Source of the DNA: a virus
Taxonomy: Duplodnaviria > Caudoviricetes
Direction: 5' to 3' (one strand)
Virus record (IMG/VR): IMGVR_UViG_3300033463_000085
Location: 12,903-76,902 of that record
DNA length: 64,000 nt
Of the stretch, positions 25,883 through 35,281 are shown one piece after another (the stretch's first letter is position 1; each line of letters opens with the position of its first letter). A program made the translations under genes and the position numbers. A model generated the notes under the pieces. It saw nothing but the letters and a program-made list of their open reading frames with translations, searched no databases and had not been told where the DNA came from.

Positions 25883-26746
25883 TCATTGCCGCCCATAGTC
25901 CGCCTCCTCCTGTTCAGATTCGAGGTCGAATGTCGGCTGGAACACGCCAAGCATATCCTTCGCCTTTTCGTAGAAATCGCGCTTTATTTCAAAGCCGAAG
26001 CCGCGCCGCCCCAATTCTGCGGCTGCTCGGAGAGTAGTGCCGGAGCCAGCGCACGGGTCTATCACGACATCGCCCCTGTCTGTGAAAAGCTCTATAAGCC
26101 GCTTCAACAGCCGGACGGGCTTCTGCGTCGGGTGGATTTTCGGGATGTCCCTGCCGTCCTGCTGCCAGTCGAAGCAGTTGAACACCATCTTGCCGTGGTT
26201 GTTGAACTTTGGGAGCCTGTCTCGGTATAGAATCAATCCGTATTCGCAGTTGCCGACGACCTTCATGTTGGCCTTGAGGACTTGCGCCGAGAACGGCTTG
26301 CGGAACACGAGCGGAATGTAGTGCTTGAAGCCGAAACTCTGCGCAAGCTCGATGTAGCGGTGCATCTCCTCGAACGGCACGAACAGGATGATGCAGGGCG
26401 CGGTCGACTTCCTCTTGCCGCTCGCGCCTATCGCCTCGCCTTTCTCATCCTTGGACTCCTTGCGAAGAAGCCGCTCGCAGAATATCATGAAGTGCGCCGG
26501 GGAGAAGTCGCCGTCGCTTTCGAAGAACATCTTTCCGGCCAGTTCGCTTTCGCCGTTCCTGTTGTCGCCGTCCTTGTACCACGCGGGGTTGCTGGCGTAT
26601 GCGTTCTTGCCGAGGTTGTACGGCACATCCGCAATCACCAGCTGCGCCCGTGGGATGTTGTAGGACTTGAAGTTCTGGAAGTGGTCGTGGAAAAGCTGCG
26701 GCTCGTAGAAGCCGCGCTTCTTCGTGCTGCCGCCTCCCGCCTTCAT
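25883..26746 (-). CDS. N4/N6 DNA methyltransferase (beta-type order)
   Basis: Motif IV DVPY, then HPTQKPV and motif I IDPCAGSGTT. Confidence 0.9.
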   Translation of the reverse strand: MKAGGGSTKKRGFYEPQLFHDHFQNFKSYNIPRAQLVIADVPYNLGKNAYASNPAWYKDGDNRNGESELAGKMFFESDGDFSPAHFMIFCERLLRKESKDEKGEAIGASGKRKSTAPCIILFVPFEEMHRYIELAQSFGFKHYIPLVFRKPFSAQVLKANMKVVGNCEYGLILYRDRLPKFNNHGKMVFNCFDWQQDGRDIPKIHPTQKPVRLLKRLIELFTDRGDVVIDPCAGSGTTLRAAAELGRRGFGFEIKRDFYEKAKDMLGVFQPTFDLESEQEEADYGRQ

Positions 26747-26986
26747 GTCCTGCTCCGCTTGGCGAGGCGGCGGACGATTCCGAACTGCCTCGACACGATG
26801 TCGTTTGCGGCGGCGTATGGCGACGCCTCGTCGCGGATGTGCCAGTCGCGCTGGCCGCGATATACCAGGTGTCCGTTTTCGTAGATGCGGACTACTACGC
26901 GGCCCTTGCCCTCCGGCGCGGGCTGGCACCACGCGCGAAGCCACTCGATTAGACCCGTCATTCGGTTGTCCTCCTGTGCGGCGGGT

Positions 26987-27136
26987 TCAGTCGAATGCGG
27001 CGCAAGCCAGAATCATGAGCGCGAACACGGCGACGAGGAAAAGGCCCTCGCATATCGCCTGTCCCAGCGTCGTCTTGCGGTTGAGGAAGCGCTGCATCCG
27101 CTCCTCGTCTGTAAGGTTTTCTTCGTTCCTGTGCAT
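26987..27136 (-). CDS. Small membrane protein, first gene after P2
   Basis: 49 aa with a hydrophobic C-terminus; RBS AAAAGGAGAACACGAC. Confidence 0.55.
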   Translation of the reverse strand: MHRNEENLTDEERMQRFLNRKTTLGQAICEGLFLVAVFALMILACAAFD

Positions 27137-27179
27137 TGTCGTGTTCTCCTTTTGGTTTTGCCTGTGGCGTGGGGAAAGA

Positions 27180-27247
27180 TGTCCCCACACCGTGCCGCAT
27201 ATGTTAGCAAACAATGTCGGCGGGCGCAAGGGGACATCTTGAGATTA
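27180..27247 (-). promoter_or_regulatory. Promoter cassette P2
   Basis: TTGCGC (plus 27224-27229), 17 nt, TAACAT (plus 27201-27206); GGTGTGGGGACA box; ATCTCAAGAT upstream. Confidence 0.75.
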
Positions 27248-27257
27248 TTGCACCTTT

Positions 27258-28337
27258 CTACTTCTCCGTCGTGTCGGGTGTTTCGGCGGTCGGCATAGAG
27301 AAGAGTCCGTTGGCGCACTTGAACGCCCATACGGGGGCGCGGAGGCCGAGGTCGGCGATGATTTCGTGCGCGGGGCGGCTCTCCGATGCGCGTTCGATTT
27401 CCTCGTGCCTCTCGTCGAGGCAGATGATGTCGATGTCGCGGCGGCCAATGCAGCACGATATGGCGCAATAGACCGTCCCGGCGTTGTGCTGGCGGAGCTT
27501 CTTGAGGGCGATTTCGCGGGCGTAGATGTTGAGCGTCACATCCGCCTTGGACGGGCACTTGCCCCACGGGCATCCGCCGCCGATGCGGCAGTTGCCGCCG
27601 TAGAAGTCGACGGCGAGCTTCCGGCCCGTCGTTCCGCAGTCGGCTATCGAGCCGTGCGTGACATAGCGGCCCGTGCCGTTCACGATGAGCGAGGCGTCGC
27701 CGCACCCGTGCCGGACGAGCCACGAGCGCACCCACTCCTCAATCGGGCGGAGGGCGAGGTCGCTTGCGGAGGGCGGGGTCGGGACGGCCACGATAACCTT
27801 GTCGGCCTTGCCGTCGGTGACGGAAATCTGCGTCTTGATGTCGAGGCCGACCGGGAGCTTGTTGTGGAGCGAGGCTTCGTACAGCTCGCGCCCGAGCATC
27901 TTGGCGAGGTAGTGGTCGAGCGGCATGTTGCGCGTGTCATCGCCGCCCGTCGCCATGCCCCAGAATATGCCCTGGTCGCCCCAGCCGTCCGCGTCCACGC
28001 CGATTGCGATGTCGCCCGACTGCCTTGAAATGTGCGAAACCACCTCCAGCTCGTCGCCGCAGATGCAGTTTTCCGCTCCGAAGCGGGACTGGTACGCCTT
28101 GGTGTAGCCGACCATGTTCGCGGCCCTTCGGGCGAAGTTGGCGATTTCCTCCTCCGTGAACTGCGTCCGGGTGGTTATCTCGCCGGATATTGTGCAAAAC
28201 TTCCCCTTGAGCTGGACTTCGAGGGCGACGCGCGAGCGCGGGTCCTTTTCGAGGTGTCTGTCGAGGAGATAGGACGCGATGAAGTCGCAAGTCCTGTCGG
28301 GGTGCCCCAGGGCGCAGTATTCGCTGGTCTGTGTCAT
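27258..28337 (-). CDS. metK: S-adenosylmethionine synthetase
   Basis: SEYCALGHPDRTCD, GWGDQG, DCGTTGRKLAVDFYGG, GGGCPWGKCPSKAD. Confidence 0.92.
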   Translation of the reverse strand: MTQTSEYCALGHPDRTCDFIASYLLDRHLEKDPRSRVALEVQLKGKFCTISGEITTRTQFTEEEIANFARRAANMVGYTKAYQSRFGAENCICGDELEVVSHISRQSGDIAIGVDADGWGDQGIFWGMATGGDDTRNMPLDHYLAKMLGRELYEASLHNKLPVGLDIKTQISVTDGKADKVIVAVPTPPSASDLALRPIEEWVRSWLVRHGCGDASLIVNGTGRYVTHGSIADCGTTGRKLAVDFYGGNCRIGGGCPWGKCPSKADVTLNIYAREIALKKLRQHNAGTVYCAISCCIGRRDIDIICLDERHEEIERASESRPAHEIIADLGLRAPVWAFKCANGLFSMPTAETPDTTEK

Positions 28338-28402
28338 GGCTTTTGTGGTTTCCTTTCTCGTTTTTCCTTTGCGGATTTGTTGTTGGTTGTGAAGGGGTCG
28401 GC

Positions 28403-29755
28403 TCACGATTCCTCGTCGCCCTCCGGCTCGGACTCGCCGTCGCCTCCCTCTTCGCCGAACACGCTGTCGAAATCTCTCGGCTCGGTGATTTTCGGGAAGT
28501 TGGCCTTGACATTGTGGAGGTCGCCCTTGTAGAACACGAGGACGTTCTGGTGGGTCTTGACGACCTTGCGCCCCGCGTTGAATGTCCCGGCTGCCCGTAT
28601 GGCCGACCCCCCGACGGGCTCGATGTAGATGATGTCGTTCACAAACTGCAATCCGGCGTCGATGAACGCCTGCTTGGTCGCGCCGATGAAGTTGCGGTAA
28701 GCGCCAGTCTTCTTGTCGCGGACATCGCCGACGACGAACAGGGCGAACCTGTCGTCCTTGAGGGCCGCACAGGCGTTGGCGATGATTCTGCGATACGCCT
28801 CGACGAACTTGTCGTAGGGCATGTTGGAGAGGTCGCCGGGCTTGTCGGAGTAGACTTCGAGATCGGCGTAGGGCGGGCAGGAGAAAACCATGTCGAACTT
28901 CTCGTCACCGACATGGTTCAGGAGGTTGGTGGAATCGTCGCAAATCCAGCGCACCATGTCCTTGTGGGACGGGGCGAGCTGCTTGTAGTTTTCGTCCACC
29001 TGCTCCTGCCGGATGTCGAAGCCCGTGTATTTGTGGCCGAGGCGGGCGGACATTACGCCGCGAACGGAGCCGCCGCAGAACGGGTCGAGGACGGTTCCGC
29101 CCTCGATGTTGAACCAAAGGAGCGCTATTTCCGCCAGAACCGGGTCGAACTCCGATGTGGCGGGGGCGGCTGGCGTTCCGCCGTAGATGTTCTTGATGTC
29201 CTGCCCGAGGAGGTTCGGGCCGCGCCCCTTCGTGCTGTCGAGGGCCGAGTTCCACTTGGCCTTGCGGTCGCGCCAGTATCCCTGCCGCGAATCAAGTATC
29301 GAGAGGGGCGGGACGAGGAAGCGGTCGGACAGGGACTTTGTTTCGACATTGCTGCCCTTGTCGACCTTGAAGTCGGAGGGGTCGAATCCGAGCGATTCGA
29401 AGTCGAAGTCTGGAAGGGCCAGAAGCTCGCTGCCGAGCATCCCCAAGTCCCACTCCGCCTTTTCGGCGACCTTGTTGTCGGCGAGGCGGAATGCGCGAAT
29501 CTGCTCCGGCGTGAGGTCGCTCGCGTAGACGCACGGCAGCTCCTCAAGGCCCAGCTCCTTCGCCGCCTTGAGGCGCGTGTGTCCGCACACGATTACATTG
29601 TTCTCGTCTATGACGAGCGGCACCTTGAAGCCGAACTGCGAGATGGACTCCTTGACGAAAGGCACGGCCTTGTCGTTCTTGCGGGGGTTCTTATCGTAGG
29701 GGATGATGTCGTCTATTGCGACGTATTTGATTTCTAGCCTGTCGATGTTCTTCAT
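28403..29755 (-). CDS. ParB-like domain plus DNA methyltransferase
   Basis: N-terminal PYDKNPRKND..IVCGHTRLKAA..RLADNK; C-terminal LDPFCGG and SCPPY. Confidence 0.9.
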   Translation of the reverse strand: MKNIDRLEIKYVAIDDIIPYDKNPRKNDKAVPFVKESISQFGFKVPLVIDENNVIVCGHTRLKAAKELGLEELPCVYASDLTPEQIRAFRLADNKVAEKAEWDLGMLGSELLALPDFDFESLGFDPSDFKVDKGSNVETKSLSDRFLVPPLSILDSRQGYWRDRKAKWNSALDSTKGRGPNLLGQDIKNIYGGTPAAPATSEFDPVLAEIALLWFNIEGGTVLDPFCGGSVRGVMSARLGHKYTGFDIRQEQVDENYKQLAPSHKDMVRWICDDSTNLLNHVGDEKFDMVFSCPPYADLEVYSDKPGDLSNMPYDKFVEAYRRIIANACAALKDDRFALFVVGDVRDKKTGAYRNFIGATKQAFIDAGLQFVNDIIYIEPVGGSAIRAAGTFNAGRKVVKTHQNVLVFYKGDLHNVKANFPKITEPRDFDSVFGEEGGDGESEPEGDEES

Positions 29756-29784
29756 TTTGCGGTCTTGCCTTTCTTGTGGGTGTG

Positions 29785-30225
29785 TCAGGTGTTGGGGTTG
29801 TTGTTCTCGCGCTGGCGGGCCTCATGCTCCGCCTTTGCCTTTTCGACCTTTTCGAGGGCGATTGTCCCTAGGACGAAGGGCGAGCGCGGCGTCTTGTCCT
29901 CAAATGTCTCGGTCGGCTTCTCGCCGATGGTGTCCCGTACGAACTCGGCGGCGCGGACATTTCCCTTCGCCGCCTTGGCAATTATTCCGGCGAGGATGCG
30001 CGTCTGCACATCCACATTCGCGTTCTCGAAGTCCTTGAGGCAGTCGACATCCTCCTTCATCCGGCCCTTTTTTATGGGCTTAGACAGGATGGAAATTAAG
30101 GATTCGCGCATTGTCTTGCGCAATTTCCTCGTCGCGCCCGACTTGATGCCGCCGTTCCGGCCTTTTTCTCGCGCCTCGCTCGCGGTTCTGATGGTGTGCG
30201 GGACTAGGTTCTGTTCGTTTGCCAT
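29785..30225 (-). CDS. Terminase small subunit-like protein
   Basis: MANEQNL...EAREKGRNGGIKSG...RK...GNVRAAEFVRDTIGEKP. Confidence 0.75.
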   Translation of the reverse strand: MANEQNLVPHTIRTASEAREKGRNGGIKSGATRKLRKTMRESLISILSKPIKKGRMKEDVDCLKDFENANVDVQTRILAGIIAKAAKGNVRAAEFVRDTIGEKPTETFEDKTPRSPFVLGTIALEKVEKAKAEHEARQRENNNPNT

Positions 30226-30258
30226 CTAGCGGTTTTCCTTCGTTTTCCTAATTTTATC

Positions 30259-30288
30259 TTGACAAATCGAACGAGGATGGTGTAGAAT
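30259..30288 (+). promoter_or_regulatory. Near-consensus sigma70 promoter with no plus-strand ORF behind it
   Basis: TTGACA (30259-30264), 18 nt, TAGAAT (30283-30288). Confidence 0.7.
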
Positions 30289-30294
30289 GTGCGT

Positions 30295-30400
30295 CCTCGC
30301 GCGTGGGCGCGGGGTAATTTCCATTGCCGCAACCGTCAACCATTGCGGGTGTCCCCACGAAAAGCCCCACACCATATGCGCCGGAAATCCCGCGCTCTCG
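30295..30400 (+). ncRNA. Candidate structured small RNA
   Basis: Follows the promoter. Outer stems GCGCGGG/CCCGCGC and ATTTCC/GGAAAT enclose hairpins CCGCAA/TTGCGG and GTGT/ACAC. Confidence 0.45.
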
Positions 30401-30417
30401 ACTGTGCCGGAATCGCA

Positions 30418-31029
30418 TTACAGGTCGAACTCCAGATTGTACGCCTGACGCCTCTTGGCTCCGCCAACGCCCTTGAGCTGCATCTGCCGCATTATGCTGG
30501 CGAAGAACTTGCACTTGCCCTTCATCTGCACGAGGTGCTTCTGCACGGCTTCCTTCGATATCGGCTTCGGGAGGGTGCGGCCAATCGTGGCGTAGTCCTC
30601 GCCGAACAGGAGGTGCTTTAGGATGCAGAGCTGGATGTCGGGCAGGGCGAACAGGGACGATATGACAATCACCATGTTCCGCTCCGTTTCCTCGGTGAGG
30701 GTGGCGGTGACGGCCGCCGACGGCCTGTCGGCCTCCTCGTCGAAGAACACGAAATTGCCGTCGCGGCTGTCTGATTCGCGGCGCGATTCGTCGTCTAGGT
30801 TGTCGCGGACGAACTCGCCCTCCGACTCAATCCCGCCGAGGCGGACATCGGAGCGCCCCTTGTTGGAATCGTCGGCTGGGCCTTGGCACACCTGCCAGCA
30901 GAAGGGGTCGCCCTTGCCGTTCCTGGGGCATGAATGGCAGTCCTTGTGGAACTCGCGCCCCTTGGCGGCTTGCCGGGATTGAGGCGGTATCTCCCGCCCG
31001 TCCCGCCGGATATGTCGTGTGTTCTCCAT
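30418..31029 (-). CDS. Putative transcription regulator (Cys-rich N-terminus, sigma-region-4-like HTH)
   Basis: CHSC..CWQVC; LPDIQLCILKHLLFGEDYATIGRTL..ISKEAVQKHL; position upstream of packaging genes suggests a late activator. Confidence 0.55.
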   Translation of the reverse strand: MENTRHIRRDGREIPPQSRQAAKGREFHKDCHSCPRNGKGDPFCWQVCQGPADDSNKGRSDVRLGGIESEGEFVRDNLDDESRRESDSRDGNFVFFDEEADRPSAAVTATLTEETERNMVIVISSLFALPDIQLCILKHLLFGEDYATIGRTLPKPISKEAVQKHLVQMKGKCKFFASIMRQMQLKGVGGAKRRQAYNLEFDL

Positions 31030-31035
31030 TTTTCG

Positions 31036-31075
31036 GGTGTGGGGACATTATACCACACACCGAGCCGGAAAACAA
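31036..31075 (-). promoter_or_regulatory. Promoter of the putative late regulator, with operator box
   Basis: TTGTTT, 17 nt, TATAAT; GGTGTGGGGACA (plus 31036-31047) abuts the -10. Confidence 0.7.
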
Positions 31076-31106
31076 GGGGGTGATTTTCGGTTTTTTGGAC
31101 GGAGCG

Positions 31107-31574
31107 TCAGAGGTCGGGTGCGACCGTAATGACTATGCGGGGCCTGTCGAGGGTGCGGCGCTTCGTTATCAGCGTCGTCGTTATGTGGCTGTCGTCGGCG
31201 AACCACCCGGCCTTGACGAGCGCGTCCTGCGGGGCCTTTATGCGGTTGTCGTTGTCCGCGCCGCAGGGCATGGGCGCGTTAGGGACAAGCTCTCTCCTGG
31301 GCGTCCCCTTCGGGTATGCGTGGTAGAACGCGACATATAGGAACGCTGGCGTCCCGTGCGGGACGACGGACTCCACCGCGCCCTTGAAGGGCCTCGCGAG
31401 GATTTCGACGGCCTTCATGCCGGATGCGACGCGCTTGTTGGTGAAGATGCGGCGCGTTCGGAACGACACCTTCTTCTGCTGCGCTGTCGATAGCGTCGAC
31501 GGGTCGATGGGCAGGGTTATGCGGACGGCTTGGCGCTCGTCCGGCAGGGTTATGCTTTCGCACTTTGATGGCAT
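31107..31574 (-). CDS. RusA-like Holliday junction resolvase
   Basis: PCGADNDNRIKAPQDALVKAGWFADDSHI (RusA D-x-DN...D...DD pattern). Confidence 0.75.
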   Translation of the reverse strand: MPSKCESITLPDERQAVRITLPIDPSTLSTAQQKKVSFRTRRIFTNKRVASGMKAVEILARPFKGAVESVVPHGTPAFLYVAFYHAYPKGTPRRELVPNAPMPCGADNDNRIKAPQDALVKAGWFADDSHITTTLITKRRTLDRPRIVITVAPDL

Positions 31575-31590
31575 TGCTTCGTTGTCCTCC

Positions 31591-32163
31591 TTACGATGTC
31601 GGGCCTCCCGTGATGGTGCCGTAAGACGAAAATCCCTCTACGACGACTTGCTTCGAGGGGGGGCTTGTCGTCTCTCCCGCCGCAGAGGCGACATCGACCT
31701 TCATCACGCGGAAGTATTCGACCGCCCCCTTGAGGTCTATTTCGGAAACCGAGCACAGCTGCATGAACGAAACTATGCTCTGGAGCTGGGCGAGGGTGAA
31801 TCGCGGGTTCTCGCGCTCCCTCTGTAGCTCCGCCGCGACGAACTCCCTGTCCTCGCGCTCTATTTCACGCCTCTGCTCGAGCATCCTCTGCTGCACGAAC
31901 GAGTTGCATTCCGCGTGGGCGAGGAAGAACCTCGGCCCGAGGTCGCGGGTGCTGTCCGGCCGTGCGAGCCTGTTGGCCTTCTGGAGGTCGGCGTGGCTCG
32001 CCTCGATGAACGAGCGCACCGTGCTGAACCGCTCCATGACGATGCGTATCTCCGCCGCGAGGCGCTGGTTGTATGCGATGCGGATGTGCTCGACGATTTC
32101 CTCGCGTTTCGGCACGGCGATTTCGACCGTCCTCTCGTTCGCGCTTTCCTGTTCCTGTTCCAT
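31591..32163 (-). CDS. Hypothetical protein
   Basis: RBS AAAAGGAGAACACGG; coding-like composition. Confidence 0.55.
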   Translation of the reverse strand: MEQEQESANERTVEIAVPKREEIVEHIRIAYNQRLAAEIRIVMERFSTVRSFIEASHADLQKANRLARPDSTRDLGPRFFLAHAECNSFVQQRMLEQRREIEREDREFVAAELQRERENPRFTLAQLQSIVSFMQLCSVSEIDLKGAVEYFRVMKVDVASAAGETTSPPSKQVVVEGFSSYGTITGGPTS

Positions 32164-32569
32164 TCCGTGTTCTCCTTTTCGTTTGTCCCTTCGGGGCTTG
32201 CGCCCCTATATTGTGGCGAAGGCCTTGACCTCGCCGACCTCCACGCTTCCGTATTCGTTGCCGAGGAGCCTGTCGGCGTCGTTGTATCTGCCGCGCTTCC
32301 TCGACAGGCCCATCCTCTCCGAATATGTCTTGGAGCATTCGCGCAGGACGGTCGTCCTTCCGGCTGCGTCCGTGTCGAACGTCTCTAGCGGCCTGTCGCG
32401 CTCCACGAGCTGCCATCCGCCTCCCTCGCGGGGGACTATGGCGTGGGTGAACACAAGCGCCTCGCTTACGTTCATCCTCTTGAACAGCGCGACCTGCTCG
32501 GCCATGTCTGTTGCGAGGGCCGTGCTTCCGCGCTTTGCTATCTGGCTGTCTGACATTGCAATCTCCGTT

Positions 32570-33337
32570 TCAGTCCCACCTGGACTTTCTGTGCTTCGCG
32601 TCCATCTCGTCGAGGAGGCGCAGCGAGTTAGATATGTCGTTCGCGCCGCACGAATGGACTGCGAGCCCCTTTGCTCCGCCCGGAAGGGCCATGTCGAGGC
32701 GCGTGGTTTCCGCGACGAGCCTCTTGAGGATGTTCTTGCGCGTCCGCATGAAGCATTGGATGAGGATGTCGCGCCGCTTGCGGAGGACATCGACGGACTT
32801 CAATATGCGGCCCTTGAGGGTTTTGGCGTTGGCCGCCTCCTGCGATTCGGGGTCGGCCTTTATGCGCTGGTCGAGCATTTCGGCGCGTGCGCGTCGCCTC
32901 CTGACCTCCTCCATGACGCGCTTTAGGGCGGCGGTGTGGGCGGCGAGCCTCTTCGTCGGGTCTGCGGCCTTCGACGCCTCCGCCACGGCCCTTGCGAACC
33001 CCTCGTCGGATATCGACGGGTCGAGCAGGGCGGCGTCCAGCTCGTCGTCCCCCACCTTCGGCATGGGGCAGGCTATGGCCTCGGTCAGGTCCGATTCGAA
33101 GCTGGCGAGGGAGCGCAGGATTTCGACGGCCGGATTAACGGCCCTCGCGAGCCGGACGAACTCGGCCTTTGCGCTGCGGACGGCCGAAACCGACGCCTTT
33201 GAGCGGCCAAGCCCCTCGTCGGGAATGCGGGACAGAATCTTGTTCATCCCCTGCATCGCGTCGGCCACGCGGACGAACGCGCCGCGCACCTCGTCCATGC
33301 ACGACGAAAGCTCGTCGAACGAGCGGGGGCGCTTCAT
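32570..33337 (-). CDS. Hypothetical coiled-coil protein
   Basis: Coupled to the upstream gene; helical. Confidence 0.55.
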   Translation of the reverse strand: MKRPRSFDELSSCMDEVRGAFVRVADAMQGMNKILSRIPDEGLGRSKASVSAVRSAKAEFVRLARAVNPAVEILRSLASFESDLTEAIACPMPKVGDDELDAALLDPSISDEGFARAVAEASKAADPTKRLAAHTAALKRVMEEVRRRRARAEMLDQRIKADPESQEAANAKTLKGRILKSVDVLRKRRDILIQCFMRTRKNILKRLVAETTRLDMALPGGAKGLAVHSCGANDISNSLRLLDEMDAKHRKSRWD

Positions 33338-33711
33338 GACGCCACCCCCATGTCCAGCTCCGGCTGGACGGGCCTCTCGAACCTGTCCTTTAGGCGGAGG
33401 TACCTGTTGCGGACGTAATCCTCCTTAGCAAGGGGCTTGAACAGGTCGAGGACGAAGCACCTCGTACCTCGCGGGGCCTCCTTCGCGTTCCACAGCGTGT
33501 GTTCGAGGAGGGGAAGCACCTTCTCCTCGATTACGTCGGCGTAGCACGCCGACTTGTCCATGCCCGTAAGCTCGCGGACGGCGGACAGGGCCTTGTGGAG
33601 CCTCGCCCTCGCGGAGCAGGTGAGCCGGAGGTTGAACCGCGCCGGACGCGTCGCAGACCCCGTGTTGGTGGGGGCCTCCGCATCCGTGTATTTGTGCTTG
33701 CAATGTCCCAT
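33334..33711 (-). CDS. Putative DNA-binding protein
   Basis: RFNLRLT followed by two helices (ribbon-helix-helix-like); weak. Confidence 0.4.
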   Translation of the reverse strand: MGHCKHKYTDAEAPTNTGSATRPARFNLRLTCSARARLHKALSAVRELTGMDKSACYADVIEEKVLPLLEHTLWNAKEAPRGTRCFVLDLFKPLAKEDYVRNRYLRLKDRFERPVQPELDMGVAS

Positions 33712-33741
33712 TTCGTCGTGTTCTCCGTTTTCGCGCCACCG

Positions 33742-34065
33742 TCAGGCGACGGCTCCTGCGCGTCTGTTCCTGTTTATGAATGCGTTTAGGCTCTCCTCGG
33801 TGACGCCGTGGTGGTTGGTGCCGCCGTAGGTCACGCCGACGAGCTTTCCCTTCCGGCGGAGGTAGCGCACCATGTCCTTCGAGCATCCGAGGCGCTTCGC
33901 CGCCTCCGCGTAGACCACGCACACGGCTGGGGCTGGGCTGTCGTCCTTTGTCTTGCCGTCCTTGAAGCCGCGCACCATCTCCATGAATCCGCGCCGCGTC
34001 TCTTCCGTCATGGTCTGGTCGATCTCCACGACGCTACCGATGACATCAATAGTCTTTTCGAGCAT
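33742..34065 (-). CDS. Excisionase-like winged-HTH protein
   Basis: YAEAAKRLGCSKDMVRYLRRKGKL...VTEESLNAFI. Confidence 0.7.
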   Translation of the reverse strand: MLEKTIDVIGSVVEIDQTMTEETRRGFMEMVRGFKDGKTKDDSPAPAVCVVYAEAAKRLGCSKDMVRYLRRKGKLVGVTYGGTNHHGVTEESLNAFINRNRRAGAVA

Positions 34066-34079
34066 TTCCCGTCCCTCCG

Positions 34080-34472
34080 TCAGAATGGCATGTCGTCGAT
34101 GTCGCCGCATTCGGCGATTTCGTCCGGCTCGGCGGGCGGCGGCACGGCGGCGGCCCTCGCTGCCCGCTCCTTGACCTCCAGCTTCACGGCGCGGAGCGAC
34201 GCGAACCACTGTCCCGCCTTGTTTCTGTTTTCGTTCGCGTCCACATAGAACGAAACCTCCACCTTGTCGCCGGGATTCACGCCGTCAAGGTCTTTCGTCC
34301 TGTCCTTCGAGCCGTCGCCACGGCCCTTCGTGAACTCGAACATCGCGTAGTTCGGGTATTGTGCGTTCTCGGATTGCGTCTTGCACACGAGGGTGCGCTT
34401 TGCGAATCCCGAGGCGAAGGTCTGCGTCTGTCCGACGAAGTGGACCTCGCCCGCGTATTTGTATGGTTCCAT
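34080..34472 (-). CDS. DUF3127 family ssDNA-binding-like protein
   Basis: GFAKRTLV..YPNYAMFEF..GDKVEVSF..WFASLRA; acidic tail DDMPF. Confidence 0.8.
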   Translation of the reverse strand: MEPYKYAGEVHFVGQTQTFASGFAKRTLVCKTQSENAQYPNYAMFEFTKGRGDGSKDRTKDLDGVNPGDKVEVSFYVDANENRNKAGQWFASLRAVKLEVKERAARAAAVPPPAEPDEIAECGDIDDMPF

Positions 34473-34531
34473 GTCTTGTGCTTCCTTTGCTTTTTGTCGT
34501 TCTGGCGGTTTTCCGCCTTTTGAAAATCCTG

Positions 34532-35281
34532 TCATTGCCTCCGCGCCGCCGTGGAGGCCCCATTCTGTGCCTCTGGCGCGTTCGCCGCCCCCGGACGGAT
34601 GGTTGAGGGGGTACGGGCTTCGACGCGCTCCTGGGCGGCCCTACGCGCGTCCATGTCGGCGATGAACCTCGTCGTCCGGTCTACGACCTTCCTGTTGGCC
34701 TTTACGGCCCTGTTCGAGCCGCCGGAGAACTCGACCGACTTGCACATCTCCGTTATCCGGTCTATTATGCGGATTCCGTACCTGTCCTTGATTTCGGACT
34801 TCTTGAGGTTCGTCGTGAAGTGCGTTCGCTCCTCGCTCGCCATCCGTCGCTCGATTATGTAGGCCAATATGTCGAATTTCACTCCGTAGTTGTTGAAAAC
34901 AGGCTCCGCGCCGATGTCGTCAAGCAGCACCTCCCTGTTTGCGAGGTCGTCCATCATCTCGCGGATGTCGCTTTCGGAGCGCCCGAGGATGTCGTGCATC
35001 GAGAAAACGGCGACCTCGCCGCCGTCGAAGGTGCGCAGCGTTCGGAAGAACATGGTCTTGCCCGTCCCGACGGAGCCGTGGATGAACAGTCCGTACCCGG
35101 CCATGTAGAGGCGTAGGGCCTCAAGGGACGCGGAATTGAACCGATAGCCCCTGCGCACCATGTTCTCGGCCTTGGCCTTGAGCATTTCGGGGCGGATTTC
35201 GGCCTCTCGCTCCTCGCATGAGGGCTGGGCGAGCGACCTAAGTATGCCTTCAAAGGCGGATTTGGTAATTTTCGTCATCAA
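34532..35281 (-). CDS. DnaC/IstB-like AAA+ helicase loader
   Basis: GSVGTGKT, LLDDIGAEP, THFTTNL, YGIRIIDRITEM. Confidence 0.9.
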   Translation of the reverse strand: MMTKITKSAFEGILRSLAQPSCEEREAEIRPEMLKAKAENMVRRGYRFNSASLEALRLYMAGYGLFIHGSVGTGKTMFFRTLRTFDGGEVAVFSMHDILGRSESDIREMMDDLANREVLLDDIGAEPVFNNYGVKFDILAYIIERRMASEERTHFTTNLKKSEIKDRYGIRIIDRITEMCKSVEFSGGSNRAVKANRKVVDRTTRFIADMDARRAAQERVEARTPSTIRPGAANAPEAQNGASTAARRQ

